From NCBI GenBank assembly GCA_020851775.1, contig JADZCB010000123.1, positions 1 through 36,643 on the forward strand: a DNA stretch of 36,643 nucleotides. Direction: 5' to 3'. Of the stretch, positions 1 to 8,275 are shown one piece after another. Under the pieces are notes generated by a model that was not told where the DNA came from, did not search any database, and saw only the letters and a program-made list of their open reading frames with translations. Numbering within the stretch: the stretch's first letter is position 1; each line of letters begins with the position of its first letter. The stretch comes from Gammaproteobacteria bacterium. Its GTDB lineage: Bacteria > Pseudomonadota > Gammaproteobacteria > Ga0077536. The position numbers were made by a program, and so were the translations under genes.

Positions 1-1247
1 ATGGCCATGCTGCAGCTCGAGATGATGCCGAGCTGCGCGAGACCCTTGTAACTGGTCGGGACGAACGCGAAGAAACTGATCGCCGCGCCGGCGGCGGCGA
101 GGATCAGTGCGCCACCGACGCCGCGTGCGGCGGCGAGCAGAGCATCGGCGCGCGTGGCGACGTGCGCGCTTTCTTCCTGGTAGCGCAACACGAACTGGAT
201 GCCGAAATCGACGCCCATGCCGATGAAGAGCACGGCGAAACAGACCGAAATCAGGTTCAGATTGCCGACGAAGCCGGCGGCGAACGCCGCCGTCAGCACG
301 AGTCCGCAGGCGAGCGTGATCAGCACCGCGATCACGAGCCCGCCACGACGCAGGCCCCACACGAGCACGAGCGCGACGAAGCCGAAGGAAAGCGCGGTCG
401 TCAGGTTCGCATCCTCGGCGACCGTGACCAGTTCCTCGCCGTCCATCGGGGCCGAACCGGTGACGCGGAAACGCGCCTGCGGATGCGCTGCCTGCAAGCT
501 CGCGACCAGGGCATGCAGCGCGTCGATCGCAGGCTGCTCCGGCTGGAAGCTGGTGGCGGCGAGCGCGGGATCGATCAGCACGAAGGACCGCGCCGGTGCG
601 CCGTCGTCCGGCCGATCGAACAGTTCGTCGCGCCAGTGATTCGGGGTGGTGTCCCCGGCGACATAGCGTTCGAGCGCCGCCGACACGCGATCGAAGAGTC
701 GCGCGAGACTCGCCTGCGCGTCCGCGTCCTGCGCTTCGTCGAGACCGACCGACAGCGTCTCGAACAGTCCGCGCAGACTCGCGTCCTCGGCCAGCGTGCC
801 GAGCAGTGGTGCCGCGTCGGCGAGCCGCTCGTCGAGTGCCCACAGTTCGTCGACCGACAGATACAGCAGGCCCTGACGCGCGAAGAACTCGCCGCCACCG
901 GGCTGCGACAGTTCGCGCGCGATGTCCGGCCGTTCGCGCAGCGCCGCCACCAGCGCGTCGGCGGCATCCTCGGCGTCGCCGGGATGCGTGGCTTCGGCGT
1001 AGACGACGACATCGCCGGGCAGCGACGGGAACGCGGCATCGAGCGCCCTGCTCGCCTGGCGATGCGGCAGCTTCGGGTCGATCATGTCGCCGGTGTCGGT
1101 ATCGATGCCGATATGCGTGGCCGTGTAGTGCACGCCCCAGCCTGTCGCCGCGAGCATCACGACGATCACGAACCACGGCCAGCGGATGGCGCACGCGACG
1201 AGTGAGGCCGCGAACTCTCGCGGCAGATGCTTCAACGGCATGGGCAT
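1..1247 (-). CDS. MMPL/RND-superfamily membrane transporter (HpnN-like), N-terminal 415 codons; the 3' end lies beyond the window start
   Basis: Absent from the ORF track because it is open at the window edge. My reverse-strand translation from ATG 1247..1245 reads MPMPLKHLPREFAASLVACAIRWPWFVIVVMLAATGW... This gives an N-terminal TM helix, a soluble loop of about 190 aa, then a TM bundle (GLVIAVLITLACGLVLTAAFAAGFVGNLNLISVCFAVLFIGMGVDFGIQFVLRY) typical of MMPL/SSD transporters. The frame is stop-free to position 1 (last full codon starts at position 5; 1247-5 is divisible by 3). Confidence 0.8.
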   Translation of the reverse strand, partial: MPMPLKHLPREFAASLVACAIRWPWFVIVVMLAATGWGVHYTATHIGIDTDTGDMIDPKLPHRQASRALDAAFPSLPGDVVVYAEATHPGDAEDAADALVAALRERPDIARELSQPGGGEFFARQGLLYLSVDELWALDERLADAAPLLGTLAEDASLRGLFETLSVGLDEAQDADAQASLARLFDRVSAALERYVAGDTTPNHWRDELFDRPDDGAPARSFVLIDPALAATSFQPEQPAIDALHALVASLQAAHPQARFRVTGSAPMDGEELVTVAEDANLTTALSFGFVALVLVWGLRRGGLVIAVLITLACGLVLTAAFAAGFVGNLNLISVCFAVLFIGMGVDFGIQFVLRYQEESAHVATRADALLAAARGVGGALILAAAGAAISFFAFVPTSYKGLAQLGIISSCSMA

Positions 1248-1557
1248 GGAATCGACGGAGGTTGTTTCGGGGAGGCCGGACGCCCGCCAGCATACGCGAA
1301 TGCGCTTGCGCACAGAACCATGCCGGCCGGCCGCCGTGCGCCCGGCGCATCGCCGGCGTGCCGGTGCGCGGGACCCTGCGCGCCAGCGTCGTCTGTCAGC
1401 GTAAACGTCGCGCGACGCTGCTCGGAAGGGCCCCCGTGGTGCTGCGTCCGGCGGCCGCCTGCGTCATGCCTGCCCCGGATCAGAAAAGCGGCGATCGGCG
1501 CTCGCCAGCCACCGCATGGCGGGCGACACTTGTCGTCCATTCATAGCGGAGGCCGGC

Positions 1558-2241
1558 ATGCGTCGTTCAATTCATTGCGTTGCGATCTACGCCGCGCTGG
1601 CGGCCACGCCGACCGTTTCCGCCGAACCGCTCGGCGACTTCCAGACCTGGACCAGCGTCGCCGTGGCCGGCACGCTGCACGAGGCGTGGCGCTACAACGT
1701 CGACCTCCACCTGCGCTTCGGTGACGACAGCGACCGTTATTCGCAGGGCATCCTCCGACCGGGCATCGGCTACGCGCTGAACGAGCGGGCGAGCCTGTGG
1801 GTGGGTTATGCGTACGTGCAGAGCGACGCGCCGTTCGCCACGCAGCGCACCGACGAACACCGCGTGTGGCAGCAGTTCACCTGGACGCAGCCGACGTCCC
1901 TCGGCGCATTCGTCTCCCGCACGCGACTCGAGCAGCGCGATGTCGAGACCGGCGACGACACCGGCTGGCGGCTGCGCCAGATGCTGCGATTGACGCACCC
2001 GCTCGCGTACGTGCCGCGGACGAGCGTCGTCGCCTCGAACGAGATGTTCTTCCATCTCAACGATACCGACTGGGGTGCGCGCACGGGCTTCGATCAGAAC
2101 CGGGTCTTCGCCGGTCTGGGCTACGACTTCTCGACCAGGCTGCGCGGCGAGGCCGGTTACCTCAACCTGTATCAGCACCGCGAAGATCGCGCCGACCGGC
2201 TCTACCACATGCTGTCGTTGAACTTCACGCTGCGCTTCTGA
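1558..2241 (+). CDS. DUF2490-family outer-membrane protein with signal peptide
   Basis: ORF 1516..2241. I prefer ATG 1558, which has GGAGG at 1547..1551 (6 nt upstream). That start gives the signal peptide MRRSIHCVAIYAALAATPTVSA/EPLG. The protein has an alternating beta-strand-like pattern and the C-terminus LSLNFTLRF. It resembles DUF2490 proteins from memory. Confidence 0.75.
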   Translation: MRRSIHCVAIYAALAATPTVSAEPLGDFQTWTSVAVAGTLHEAWRYNVDLHLRFGDDSDRYSQGILRPGIGYALNERASLWVGYAYVQSDAPFATQRTDEHRVWQQFTWTQPTSLGAFVSRTRLEQRDVETGDDTGWRLRQMLRLTHPLAYVPRTSVVASNEMFFHLNDTDWGARTGFDQNRVFAGLGYDFSTRLRGEAGYLNLYQHREDRADRLYHMLSLNFTLRF

Positions 2242-2251
2242 CACAACGCCG

Positions 2252-3409
2252 TCAGATCACGCCCTCGCGCGCGAGCGCGTCGATGTCCTCCTCGGCATAG
2301 CCGAGCGCCGCGGCAATGGCACGCGAATGCTCGCCGAGGTGCGGCACCGCGAAGCCGATCCGTGCCGGCTCCTGCGTGAACTTGATCGCGGTGCCGATGT
2401 GCGGCAGCCCCTGTTCGTCGTGCAACAGCATGCCGCGCTCGGCGGCATGCGGATCGTCGTAGGCTTCGACCAGCGTACGCAGCGGTGCATAACAGACGTC
2501 GATGTCCTCGAGCCAGGCCAGGGCGTCGGCCTGCGTACGGGCGGCGAAAAATGCCGTCAAGAAATCCTTGACCGGCTGCTGACCCGGGCCCGGCGGCAGA
2601 TCGCACAGCGGGATCAGATCCGGACGACCGGCCTTGTGCAGGAAATTGGCGCAGAAGTGATGTTCCATGCCGCCGAGGACGAGCCACCGCGCATCGCTGG
2701 TGAGATAGAGGCTGTAGAACGCCGCGCCACCCCAGTTGCGTTCGTTCTTGACGTCGTGCGCCCGGTGCTCGGCGAACACCGGCCCAGTGTAGTTCGGCGT
2801 CCACGCCAGCAGGCTGTCGTGCATCGCGATGTCGACGAAGTCCCCCTGCCCTGTCTGTCGCTGTTTCAGCAGCGCCATCAGCACGCCGGTCAGCGCGAAC
2901 ATCGAACTCGTGATGTCGGCAGCCGGCAGGCCGGGATTCGTCGGTGCACCGTCGCGGCCGCGATTGAAGTCCAGCGTGCCGGCGAGCGCCTGCACCGCCA
3001 TGTCGTGGGCCGGGTGATCGCAGTACCGGCCCGTCTGACCGAAGGCCGAGATCGAGCAGTACACGAGCTGCGGCGCGTGGACGCGCACGCTGTCGTAATC
3101 GAGGCCCAGCCGTTTCATCACGCCGGGCCGGAAGCCTTCGACCAGCACGTCGGCCTTCTCCAAAAGTTTCAGCAGCAGCGCCTTGCCACGCGGATCCTTG
3201 AGATTGAGCCGCAGGCTGCGCTTGCCGCGATGGGTGTTGCGGAACCACACGCTGTGCTCGCCGAGGCGCAAGCCGAGCTCGCGGGTCGGCTCACCGGCAT
3301 GCGGTTCGATGCGGATGACGTCCGCACCGTGGTCGGCCATCATCACCGTGAAGTGGGGGCCGGGCAGGAACATCGACAAATCGATGACGGTGACGCCGTC
3401 GAGCTTCAT
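2252..3409 (-). CDS. Family III (CaiB/BaiF) acyl-CoA transferase
   Basis: Track ORF 2252..4216 (654 aa) is a read-through. The believable protein starts at ATG 3409..3407 (MKLDGVTVIDLSMFLPGPHFTVMMADHGADVIRIEP...), the canonical N-terminus of family III CoA-transferases. AGAGG lies about 8 nt upstream. Length 385 aa. Confidence 0.9.
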   Translation of the reverse strand: MKLDGVTVIDLSMFLPGPHFTVMMADHGADVIRIEPHAGEPTRELGLRLGEHSVWFRNTHRGKRSLRLNLKDPRGKALLLKLLEKADVLVEGFRPGVMKRLGLDYDSVRVHAPQLVYCSISAFGQTGRYCDHPAHDMAVQALAGTLDFNRGRDGAPTNPGLPAADITSSMFALTGVLMALLKQRQTGQGDFVDIAMHDSLLAWTPNYTGPVFAEHRAHDVKNERNWGGAAFYSLYLTSDARWLVLGGMEHHFCANFLHKAGRPDLIPLCDLPPGPGQQPVKDFLTAFFAARTQADALAWLEDIDVCYAPLRTLVEAYDDPHAAERGMLLHDEQGLPHIGTAIKFTQEPARIGFAVPHLGEHSRAIAAALGYAEEDIDALAREGVI

Positions 3410-3483
3410 GCAAAAACCTCTGTGAGATGAGTGGAAAACGAATTCCTGCCGTCCGTCGCACCCGCGGCGGCGCAGGCGGACAT

Positions 3484-4164
3484 TCATGGCAGTGCGGGCA
3501 TCCTCGGCGTGATCACGCGGCGCAGTGTCTGCATCATGCGCAGGTTGCGCGTCATCGAACGCAGATCGCGCGGCCGCGGCGGCGATGGCGGACTGTTCGC
3601 ATCGGGGATCTCGGTGACGTAGCCGGGGCGATCGATCGTCACGCGCCCGTGGGGGTTCGACACCTCGATGGCGCTTGGCGCATCGCCGGTCTCCGGGGCC
3701 AGCAGGCCGATCGTGGCCGAGGTTTCGGTGACTTCCCCGATCACGTGCGTGCCGCGGATACCGATCGTCGCGACCGCCGTGCGAATCACCGTCGCGCGCG
3801 GACGGTGCTTCGCGATGAGTCCGGACACGTAGCGGAACAGGCCCTTGACGATCTCGGTCGCCGCTTCGGCGTCGTCCGCCTGCCCACCGTAACGGTAGCG
3901 ATCGATACGCAGCCGCGTGTCGGCACCCAGTTCGTATTTCGAGCCGTCGGTGAACAGCAGCAACACACGGGCGCGACCGAGCGTGGCGACCGTGTCGCCG
4001 GCGTGGATCGCGGCGTCGAGCGTGAGTGTGCGGCTGTGTCCGTCGGGTCCGAGCGCGATCGCCCGGCCTTCGAGTTCGGCGACGCGCGCAGCCGCCACAT
4101 CCGCAACGGCCGGCAGCGCCAACGCGCAACACAGCACGCCCAACAACAGGGTGAGGCGAATCAT
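3484..4164 (-). CDS. FecR-domain periplasmic protein with signal peptide
   Basis: This is the C-terminal part of track ORF 3484..4923. Start ATG 4164..4162 gives MIRLTLLLGVLCCALALPAVA/DVAA (signal peptide). The FecR-like core is HSRTLTLDAAIHAGDTVATLGRARVLLLFTDGSKYELGADTRLRI. Length 226 aa. Confidence 0.75.
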   Translation of the reverse strand: MIRLTLLLGVLCCALALPAVADVAAARVAELEGRAIALGPDGHSRTLTLDAAIHAGDTVATLGRARVLLLFTDGSKYELGADTRLRIDRYRYGGQADDAEAATEIVKGLFRYVSGLIAKHRPRATVIRTAVATIGIRGTHVIGEVTETSATIGLLAPETGDAPSAIEVSNPHGRVTIDRPGYVTEIPDANSPPSPPRPRDLRSMTRNLRMMQTLRRVITPRMPALP

Positions 4165-4188
4165 GACTGACTGTGGCTCCGGATTCCC

Positions 4189-4992
4189 ATGGCGAGCATA
4201 GCACCGCGCCGCGCACGGGCGCTGCTCGGCGCGCTGATCATCCTGGCCGGCTGCGCCAGCGTGCCGCCGCCCGTGTCCGGGTCGCTGATCGAAGGCGCGG
4301 GCTTCATGCACCGGATCGCAGTACAGGGCCGCCTCGACGACGCGGCGCGCGTGCACGTCTATCTCGAGGGCGATGGCCGCCCGTTCGCGACGCGCCACCT
4401 GCCGGCCGGCGATCCGACGCCACGTCGCCATCTCGCGCGCGAGTTGATGGCTCTCGATCCGATGCCGTCGATCTACCTCGCGCGTCCCTGCTACGAGGGT
4501 CTCGCGAAAGCGCCGGGCTGTGCGCCCGCGCTGTGGACCGAGGCGCGCTATGGCGAGACGGTCGTCGCGAGTCTCGCCGCCGCACTGGAGCGACTGCGCG
4601 TCACGCATCGGATCGCGCACGTCAGCCTCGTCGGTTACAGCGGCGGCGGCGTGCTCGCGATGCTGCTCGCCGAGCGCGTCGCAGCCGTCGACCGCGTGGT
4701 GACGGTCGCGGCGAATCTGGATCTCGAGGCCTGGACCGCGGCGCACGGCTATTCGCCGCTCGTCTCCTCGCTGGACCCGGCGCGGCGTCCCTCGCTGCCG
4801 CCGCGGGTCACCCAGATCCACTATGCGGGCGGACGCGATCGCAACGTGCCGCCGGCTCTCATCACGTCCGCGCTGCGCGCGCAGATCGATGCGCGCCTCG
4901 TCGTCATCGACGAAGTCGCCCATGCGCGCGGCTGGATCACGGTCTGGCCGCTGCTACTCGCGACGCAGGGTCCGGACGCTGTGCCACGCTGA
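4189..4992 (+). CDS. Lipoprotein, alpha/beta-hydrolase fold
   Basis: The N-terminus MASIAPRRARALLGALIILAGCAS carries a lipobox (LAGC). A GxSxG-type nucleophile elbow is present (LVGYSGGGVLAM). Length 267 aa. Confidence 0.75.
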   Translation: MASIAPRRARALLGALIILAGCASVPPPVSGSLIEGAGFMHRIAVQGRLDDAARVHVYLEGDGRPFATRHLPAGDPTPRRHLARELMALDPMPSIYLARPCYEGLAKAPGCAPALWTEARYGETVVASLAAALERLRVTHRIAHVSLVGYSGGGVLAMLLAERVAAVDRVVTVAANLDLEAWTAAHGYSPLVSSLDPARRPSLPPRVTQIHYAGGRDRNVPPALITSALRAQIDARLVVIDEVAHARGWITVWPLLLATQGPDAVPR

Positions 4993-5007
4993 GACGCTGC
5001 TGAAACT

Positions 5008-5217
5008 GGCCACGGAGGGCACGGAGGAACAAACGCGCGCGGATGCTGTTAGTTGGCGCAAGTCCCACGTAACTCGTTTTTTGGCCACCAAGAACACCGA
5101 GGAAGAGAGAGATTGGTGAAGAGCCGCCGGCCCGTCGACGCCTCCATTGGCACCGGCATGACCAGACTGCCCATTCAATCCATTTCTTCCTCTGTGTCCT
5201 CGGTGTTGATCGGTGGC
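5008..5217. repeat. Intergenic repeat locus 1: three arms built from 9-bp CAYNGAGGR units; the last two form an imperfect inverted repeat
   Basis: Arm A, 5008..5033: ggccaCGGAGGGCACGGAGGAacaaa, with tandem 9-mers at 5011..5019 and 5020..5028. Arm B, 5083..5113: ggccaccaagaaCACCGAGGAagagagagatt. Arm C, 5176..5217, is inverted; its reverse complement is gccaccgatcaaCACCGAGGACACAGAGGAagaaatggattg. B and rc(C) share gccacc, aacaccgagga and gatt blocks. The locus lies between convergent genes. Confidence 0.7.
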
Positions 5218-5287
5218 AGAAACGACCTTGCAATGTACTGCGGCGGCAGAGCCCGGTTTCCGCTGCCCGTTCCAGGCGGCCAGCAGA

Positions 5288-6712
5288 TCAGAACGGCACG
5301 CGTACGCCGATCTCGACGGCGTGTGTCGTCAGATCGCGATAGCCAAGCAGGGTCTGGAACGACACGAACGCGGCGGTGCCGCTGTTCAGGATGAAGCTGG
5401 ACGCGACACCGACGTTCGCGAAGTTGCGGTCGGGCTCGTCGATCCCGGCCTGGAACGTCACGCCCGGCGCGTTGATGAAACGGCCCGTGATCGGATCGCC
5501 CTCGTTGTCGAACTCGTGCACGTATTCGGCCATCACCTGCGGATACCACGTGCCCCAGCCGTAAGTGGCGAGCCAGCCGAACTGCGTGCCGATTGCGGCC
5601 ATCACCGAGGTGAACGACTGATCGTCCACCTGCAGCGCGAGACCGTTACCGAGCGCCGTCGGCCGCGACATGCGTTCGGAATAGCCGTCGATGTCGACCT
5701 TCGCGGCGTCCGCGCGCACGTACGGGCTGACGGTCCATGCGCCGTGCACGGCGTCGAAGCCGAGCTTCGCACTGCCACTGATTTCGTCGCTGTCGAGTTC
5801 GGACAGCGCGATCTGACTGGTGCTGACATTGCCGCGCGTCTGCCCGAGTACCGCGTAACGGACATTGCGCGTCTGTTCGTGGTCATTCTGCGTGTAACCG
5901 CCCATCGCATCGAGGTACCAGCCGCCGCCGATCGTGTAGGTCGCGTAGCCGAAGCCGCCGACGCTGTCAGTGTCGAGCGTCCCGGCCTGCCGCGCGATGT
6001 CGGCTTCGGTGTTCTTGTAGCTGAAGGCGGCGCCGACGAGCAGCACATCGCTCATCTGGTAGTCGAGGCCGGCCGTCACGCCGTAACCGTCGGCCTCGAA
6101 GCCGGCTTCGTTGAAGGACTGATCGCGATCGTTGTAGTCGTAGCTGCCATTGACGAACAGACCGAGGCGCTGGATACCGTCCGCACTCGCACCGCCGCCG
6201 GTCAGCAGACCGGCACCGCCGCGGGCGGCGAGCGCGCCGTCGCTGCCCGGCAATGCGAAGGCCACCCGCGGGCCACCGCTGCGCAGGGACTGCAGGCGAT
6301 CACCGATCGCGTCGAGTTGTCCCGACGACGCATCGATCTCCGACGTCGCGATCGTCGCGACCTCGTCGCCGGCGACCGTCGCCATTGCGTCGAGTCCTGC
6401 GTTGACGTCGCCGGTGGCGACAATGGCTTCGACCATGTCGGTACAGCGATCGGCCAGATCGCGACCACCGACCGTGTCGAGGATACGGCCGCGCTCGAGA
6501 CCGCCGGGACAGATATCCTCGATCAGGGCGCCCATCGTGCGCTCGGGTCCGGAGCGGGACGCACCCTGCAGCACCCCGGCGATCGGACTGTCGAAACCCG
6601 GGTCGTAATCATCGAACCCGCTCGCAAGCGCCGGCTGGCCGATGCCAGACAGCGGTGCGCTGAGGATGACCATCACCGCAAAACGAAGCGGCTGGTGAAT
6701 CGGACATTTCAT
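5288..6712 (-). CDS. Autotransporter (type Va) outer-membrane protein with an unusually short passenger
   Basis: ORF 5288..6757. I prefer ATG 6712..6710 (MKCPIHQPLRFAVMVILSAPLSGIGQPALA/SGF, signal peptide). The C-terminal roughly 280 aa is a typical autotransporter beta-domain (GLFVNGSYDYNDRD..., GYGVTAGLDYQ..., ending EIGVRVPF). A linker helix precedes the barrel (SSGQLDAIGDRLQSLR). Confidence 0.85.
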   Translation of the reverse strand: MKCPIHQPLRFAVMVILSAPLSGIGQPALASGFDDYDPGFDSPIAGVLQGASRSGPERTMGALIEDICPGGLERGRILDTVGGRDLADRCTDMVEAIVATGDVNAGLDAMATVAGDEVATIATSEIDASSGQLDAIGDRLQSLRSGGPRVAFALPGSDGALAARGGAGLLTGGGASADGIQRLGLFVNGSYDYNDRDQSFNEAGFEADGYGVTAGLDYQMSDVLLVGAAFSYKNTEADIARQAGTLDTDSVGGFGYATYTIGGGWYLDAMGGYTQNDHEQTRNVRYAVLGQTRGNVSTSQIALSELDSDEISGSAKLGFDAVHGAWTVSPYVRADAAKVDIDGYSERMSRPTALGNGLALQVDDQSFTSVMAAIGTQFGWLATYGWGTWYPQVMAEYVHEFDNEGDPITGRFINAPGVTFQAGIDEPDRNFANVGVASSFILNSGTAAFVSFQTLLGYRDLTTHAVEIGVRVPF

Positions 6713-6847
6713 GCGGCGTGCCCCCCGGCAGCCGGCAGAGGGACTGCCGGATTTCAAGTAGTGCCTGAAGTCTGGAATGTTCAGCTCATAAAATCAAGAT
6801 ATTAAGGTATGTTCTTAAAGCATGTCGGAATGCAGTTCGTCGAGAGC

Positions 6848-7687
6848 TCAACCGTATCCAGCGACCCAGCGGGCCCACAGTGCAGGGATGTCGTCGGGCA
6901 GGTCCGGGACGAGTCCGGGGGCAGCGCGCCACGATTCCGGGGCATGAAAGTCGCTGCCGGCAGAGGCTTCGAGGCCGAAGCGTCGACACAATGCCGTCAG
7001 CATCGCGAATGCGTCCGGCGGCTGACGACCGCACAGCACTTCGAGTCCGGTACCACCGGCCGCGACGAAATCCGCCAACAGTTCGCGCAACCGGGTGTGC
7101 GTGCAGCCGTATTTCGCGGGGTGGGCGAGCACGGCCTGTCCGCCGTCGGCGACGATCCACGCGATGGCTTCGTCGAGATCCGCCCAGCGCGTGGCGGCAG
7201 CGGCGGTCGCACGATCGCTGAGATAGGACGTGAAGGCCTCGTCGACGCTGCGCACCGCACCGACGGCGACGAGATGGCGCGCGAAATGAGGTCGCCCGAT
7301 GCAGCCGTCACCGGCCAGCGCCAGCGCACCTTCGTAAGCGCCGGCGATCCCTTTGCGGGCGAGCCGGTCACCGATCGCCTGCGCCCGCGCGGCACGCCGT
7401 GCATGCTGGTCGGCGATCCCGGCGCGCAATGCACCCCGCGTGGCGTCGAATCCGTAACCGAGCACGTGCACGACCTGTCCGCGCCATTGGGCCGTCAGCT
7501 CGATGCCGGGCACCAGCCGCAGATCACCGTGCGCCCCGGCGCCGCCGATGGCGTCGTACGCCGCGAGCGTGTCGTGATCGGTGATGCTCAGCAGTTCGAC
7601 GCCGGCCTCGAGCGCCCGGGCGAGCAGCGCGCCGGGGGGCAGAACGCCGTCGGACGCCGCGCTGTGCGTGTGCAGATCGAGCTTCAA
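6848..7687 (-). CDS. trpH: PHP-domain phosphoesterase (TrpH/YciV, RNase AM family)
   Basis: The protein begins MKLDLHTHSAASDGVLPPGALLARALEAGVELLSITDHDTL, the classic PHP motif. The start codon is TTG (7687..7685), 8 nt after the coxG-like stop. Length 279 aa. Confidence 0.85.
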   Translation of the reverse strand: MKLDLHTHSAASDGVLPPGALLARALEAGVELLSITDHDTLAAYDAIGGAGAHGDLRLVPGIELTAQWRGQVVHVLGYGFDATRGALRAGIADQHARRAARAQAIGDRLARKGIAGAYEGALALAGDGCIGRPHFARHLVAVGAVRSVDEAFTSYLSDRATAAAATRWADLDEAIAWIVADGGQAVLAHPAKYGCTHTRLRELLADFVAAGGTGLEVLCGRQPPDAFAMLTALCRRFGLEASAGSDFHAPESWRAAPGLVPDLPDDIPALWARWVAGYG

Positions 7688-7695
7688 GCGGCGCG

Positions 7696-8262
7696 TCAGC
7701 TCAGCAGGATCCAGGCCGCGAGCGCCAGGGCGACGGCGGCGATGAAATACCAGACCGCCGCAGTCGACGCCGCCCGGGGCGCGTGGGTCGGCGCCGCGAC
7801 GGTGGCTTCCTCAGCCGCTCCCGGCACGCTGACGAGGGTTTCGAACTGCTGAAAGAATTCGCCGGCGAGCTTGCGCGCAGTGCGATCGATGATCGCGCCG
7901 CCGAGTTGGCCGAGCTTGCCGCCTACTTCGGCCTTGACCTCGTAGCGCAACAGCGTCGTCGCGCCCTCGTCGTCGAGCGCGACGCGCGCCTTCACCTTGG
8001 CGAAGCCGGCCGGGCCGCCCTTGCCTTCGCCGGCGAGGGTATAACCGGCAGGCGGATCGAGATCGGCGAGCGTGACGGCCCCTCTCAGCTTCGCCGTCAG
8101 CGGCCCGACCTTCGACGTGACGGTCGCCTCGAATTCGGTATCCGAATTTTTCTGCAGGCTTTCGCAGCCCGGAATCGACTGGCGCAGGATCTCGGGGTCG
8201 TTCAGCGCCGCGTAGACCTGCGCGCGCGGCGCCTGGATGCGGATTTCGTCTTTGAGTTCCAA
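7696..8262 (-). CDS. coxG: CoxG-family SRPBCC protein with a C-terminal hydrophobic tail anchor
   Basis: MELKDEIRIQAPRAQVYAALNDPEILRQSIPGCESL...KVGPLTAKLRGAV matches the CoxG family. The start is TTG 8262..8260, with GAGGA about 7 nt upstream. The C-terminal stretch AAVWYFIAAVALALAAWILLS is a predicted TM helix. Confidence 0.85.
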   Translation of the reverse strand: MELKDEIRIQAPRAQVYAALNDPEILRQSIPGCESLQKNSDTEFEATVTSKVGPLTAKLRGAVTLADLDPPAGYTLAGEGKGGPAGFAKVKARVALDDEGATTLLRYEVKAEVGGKLGQLGGAIIDRTARKLAGEFFQQFETLVSVPGAAEEATVAAPTHAPRAASTAAVWYFIAAVALALAAWILLS

Positions 8263-8275
8263 GCCGGATCCTCGC

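Noticed and set aside
162-1205. A 347-aa plus-strand ORF at the window start, the only long ORF the track offers there.
   Set aside because: It is the reverse-complement-codon shadow of the open-ended MMPL transporter gene on the minus strand, which the track omits because it has no stop inside the window.
3410-4216. The N-terminal 269-aa extension of track ORF 2252..4216, which would make a 654-aa CoA-transferase fusion.
   Set aside because: The extension is Arg/Asp/His-rich junk that overlaps the FecR-domain gene region. The canonical family III CoA-transferase N-terminus (MKLDGVTVIDLS) starts at 3409 and has an SD.
5074-5082. A T-run (cgtttttt) after the lipoprotein gene as a possible intrinsic terminator.
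   Set aside because: I could not find a convincing GC-rich stem immediately upstream. The strong hairpin (arms B/C) lies downstream of the T-run on this strand.
5213-6805. A 530-aa plus-strand ORF opposite the autotransporter.
   Set aside because: It is a reverse-complement-codon shadow. The minus-strand product has a signal peptide and an autotransporter barrel.
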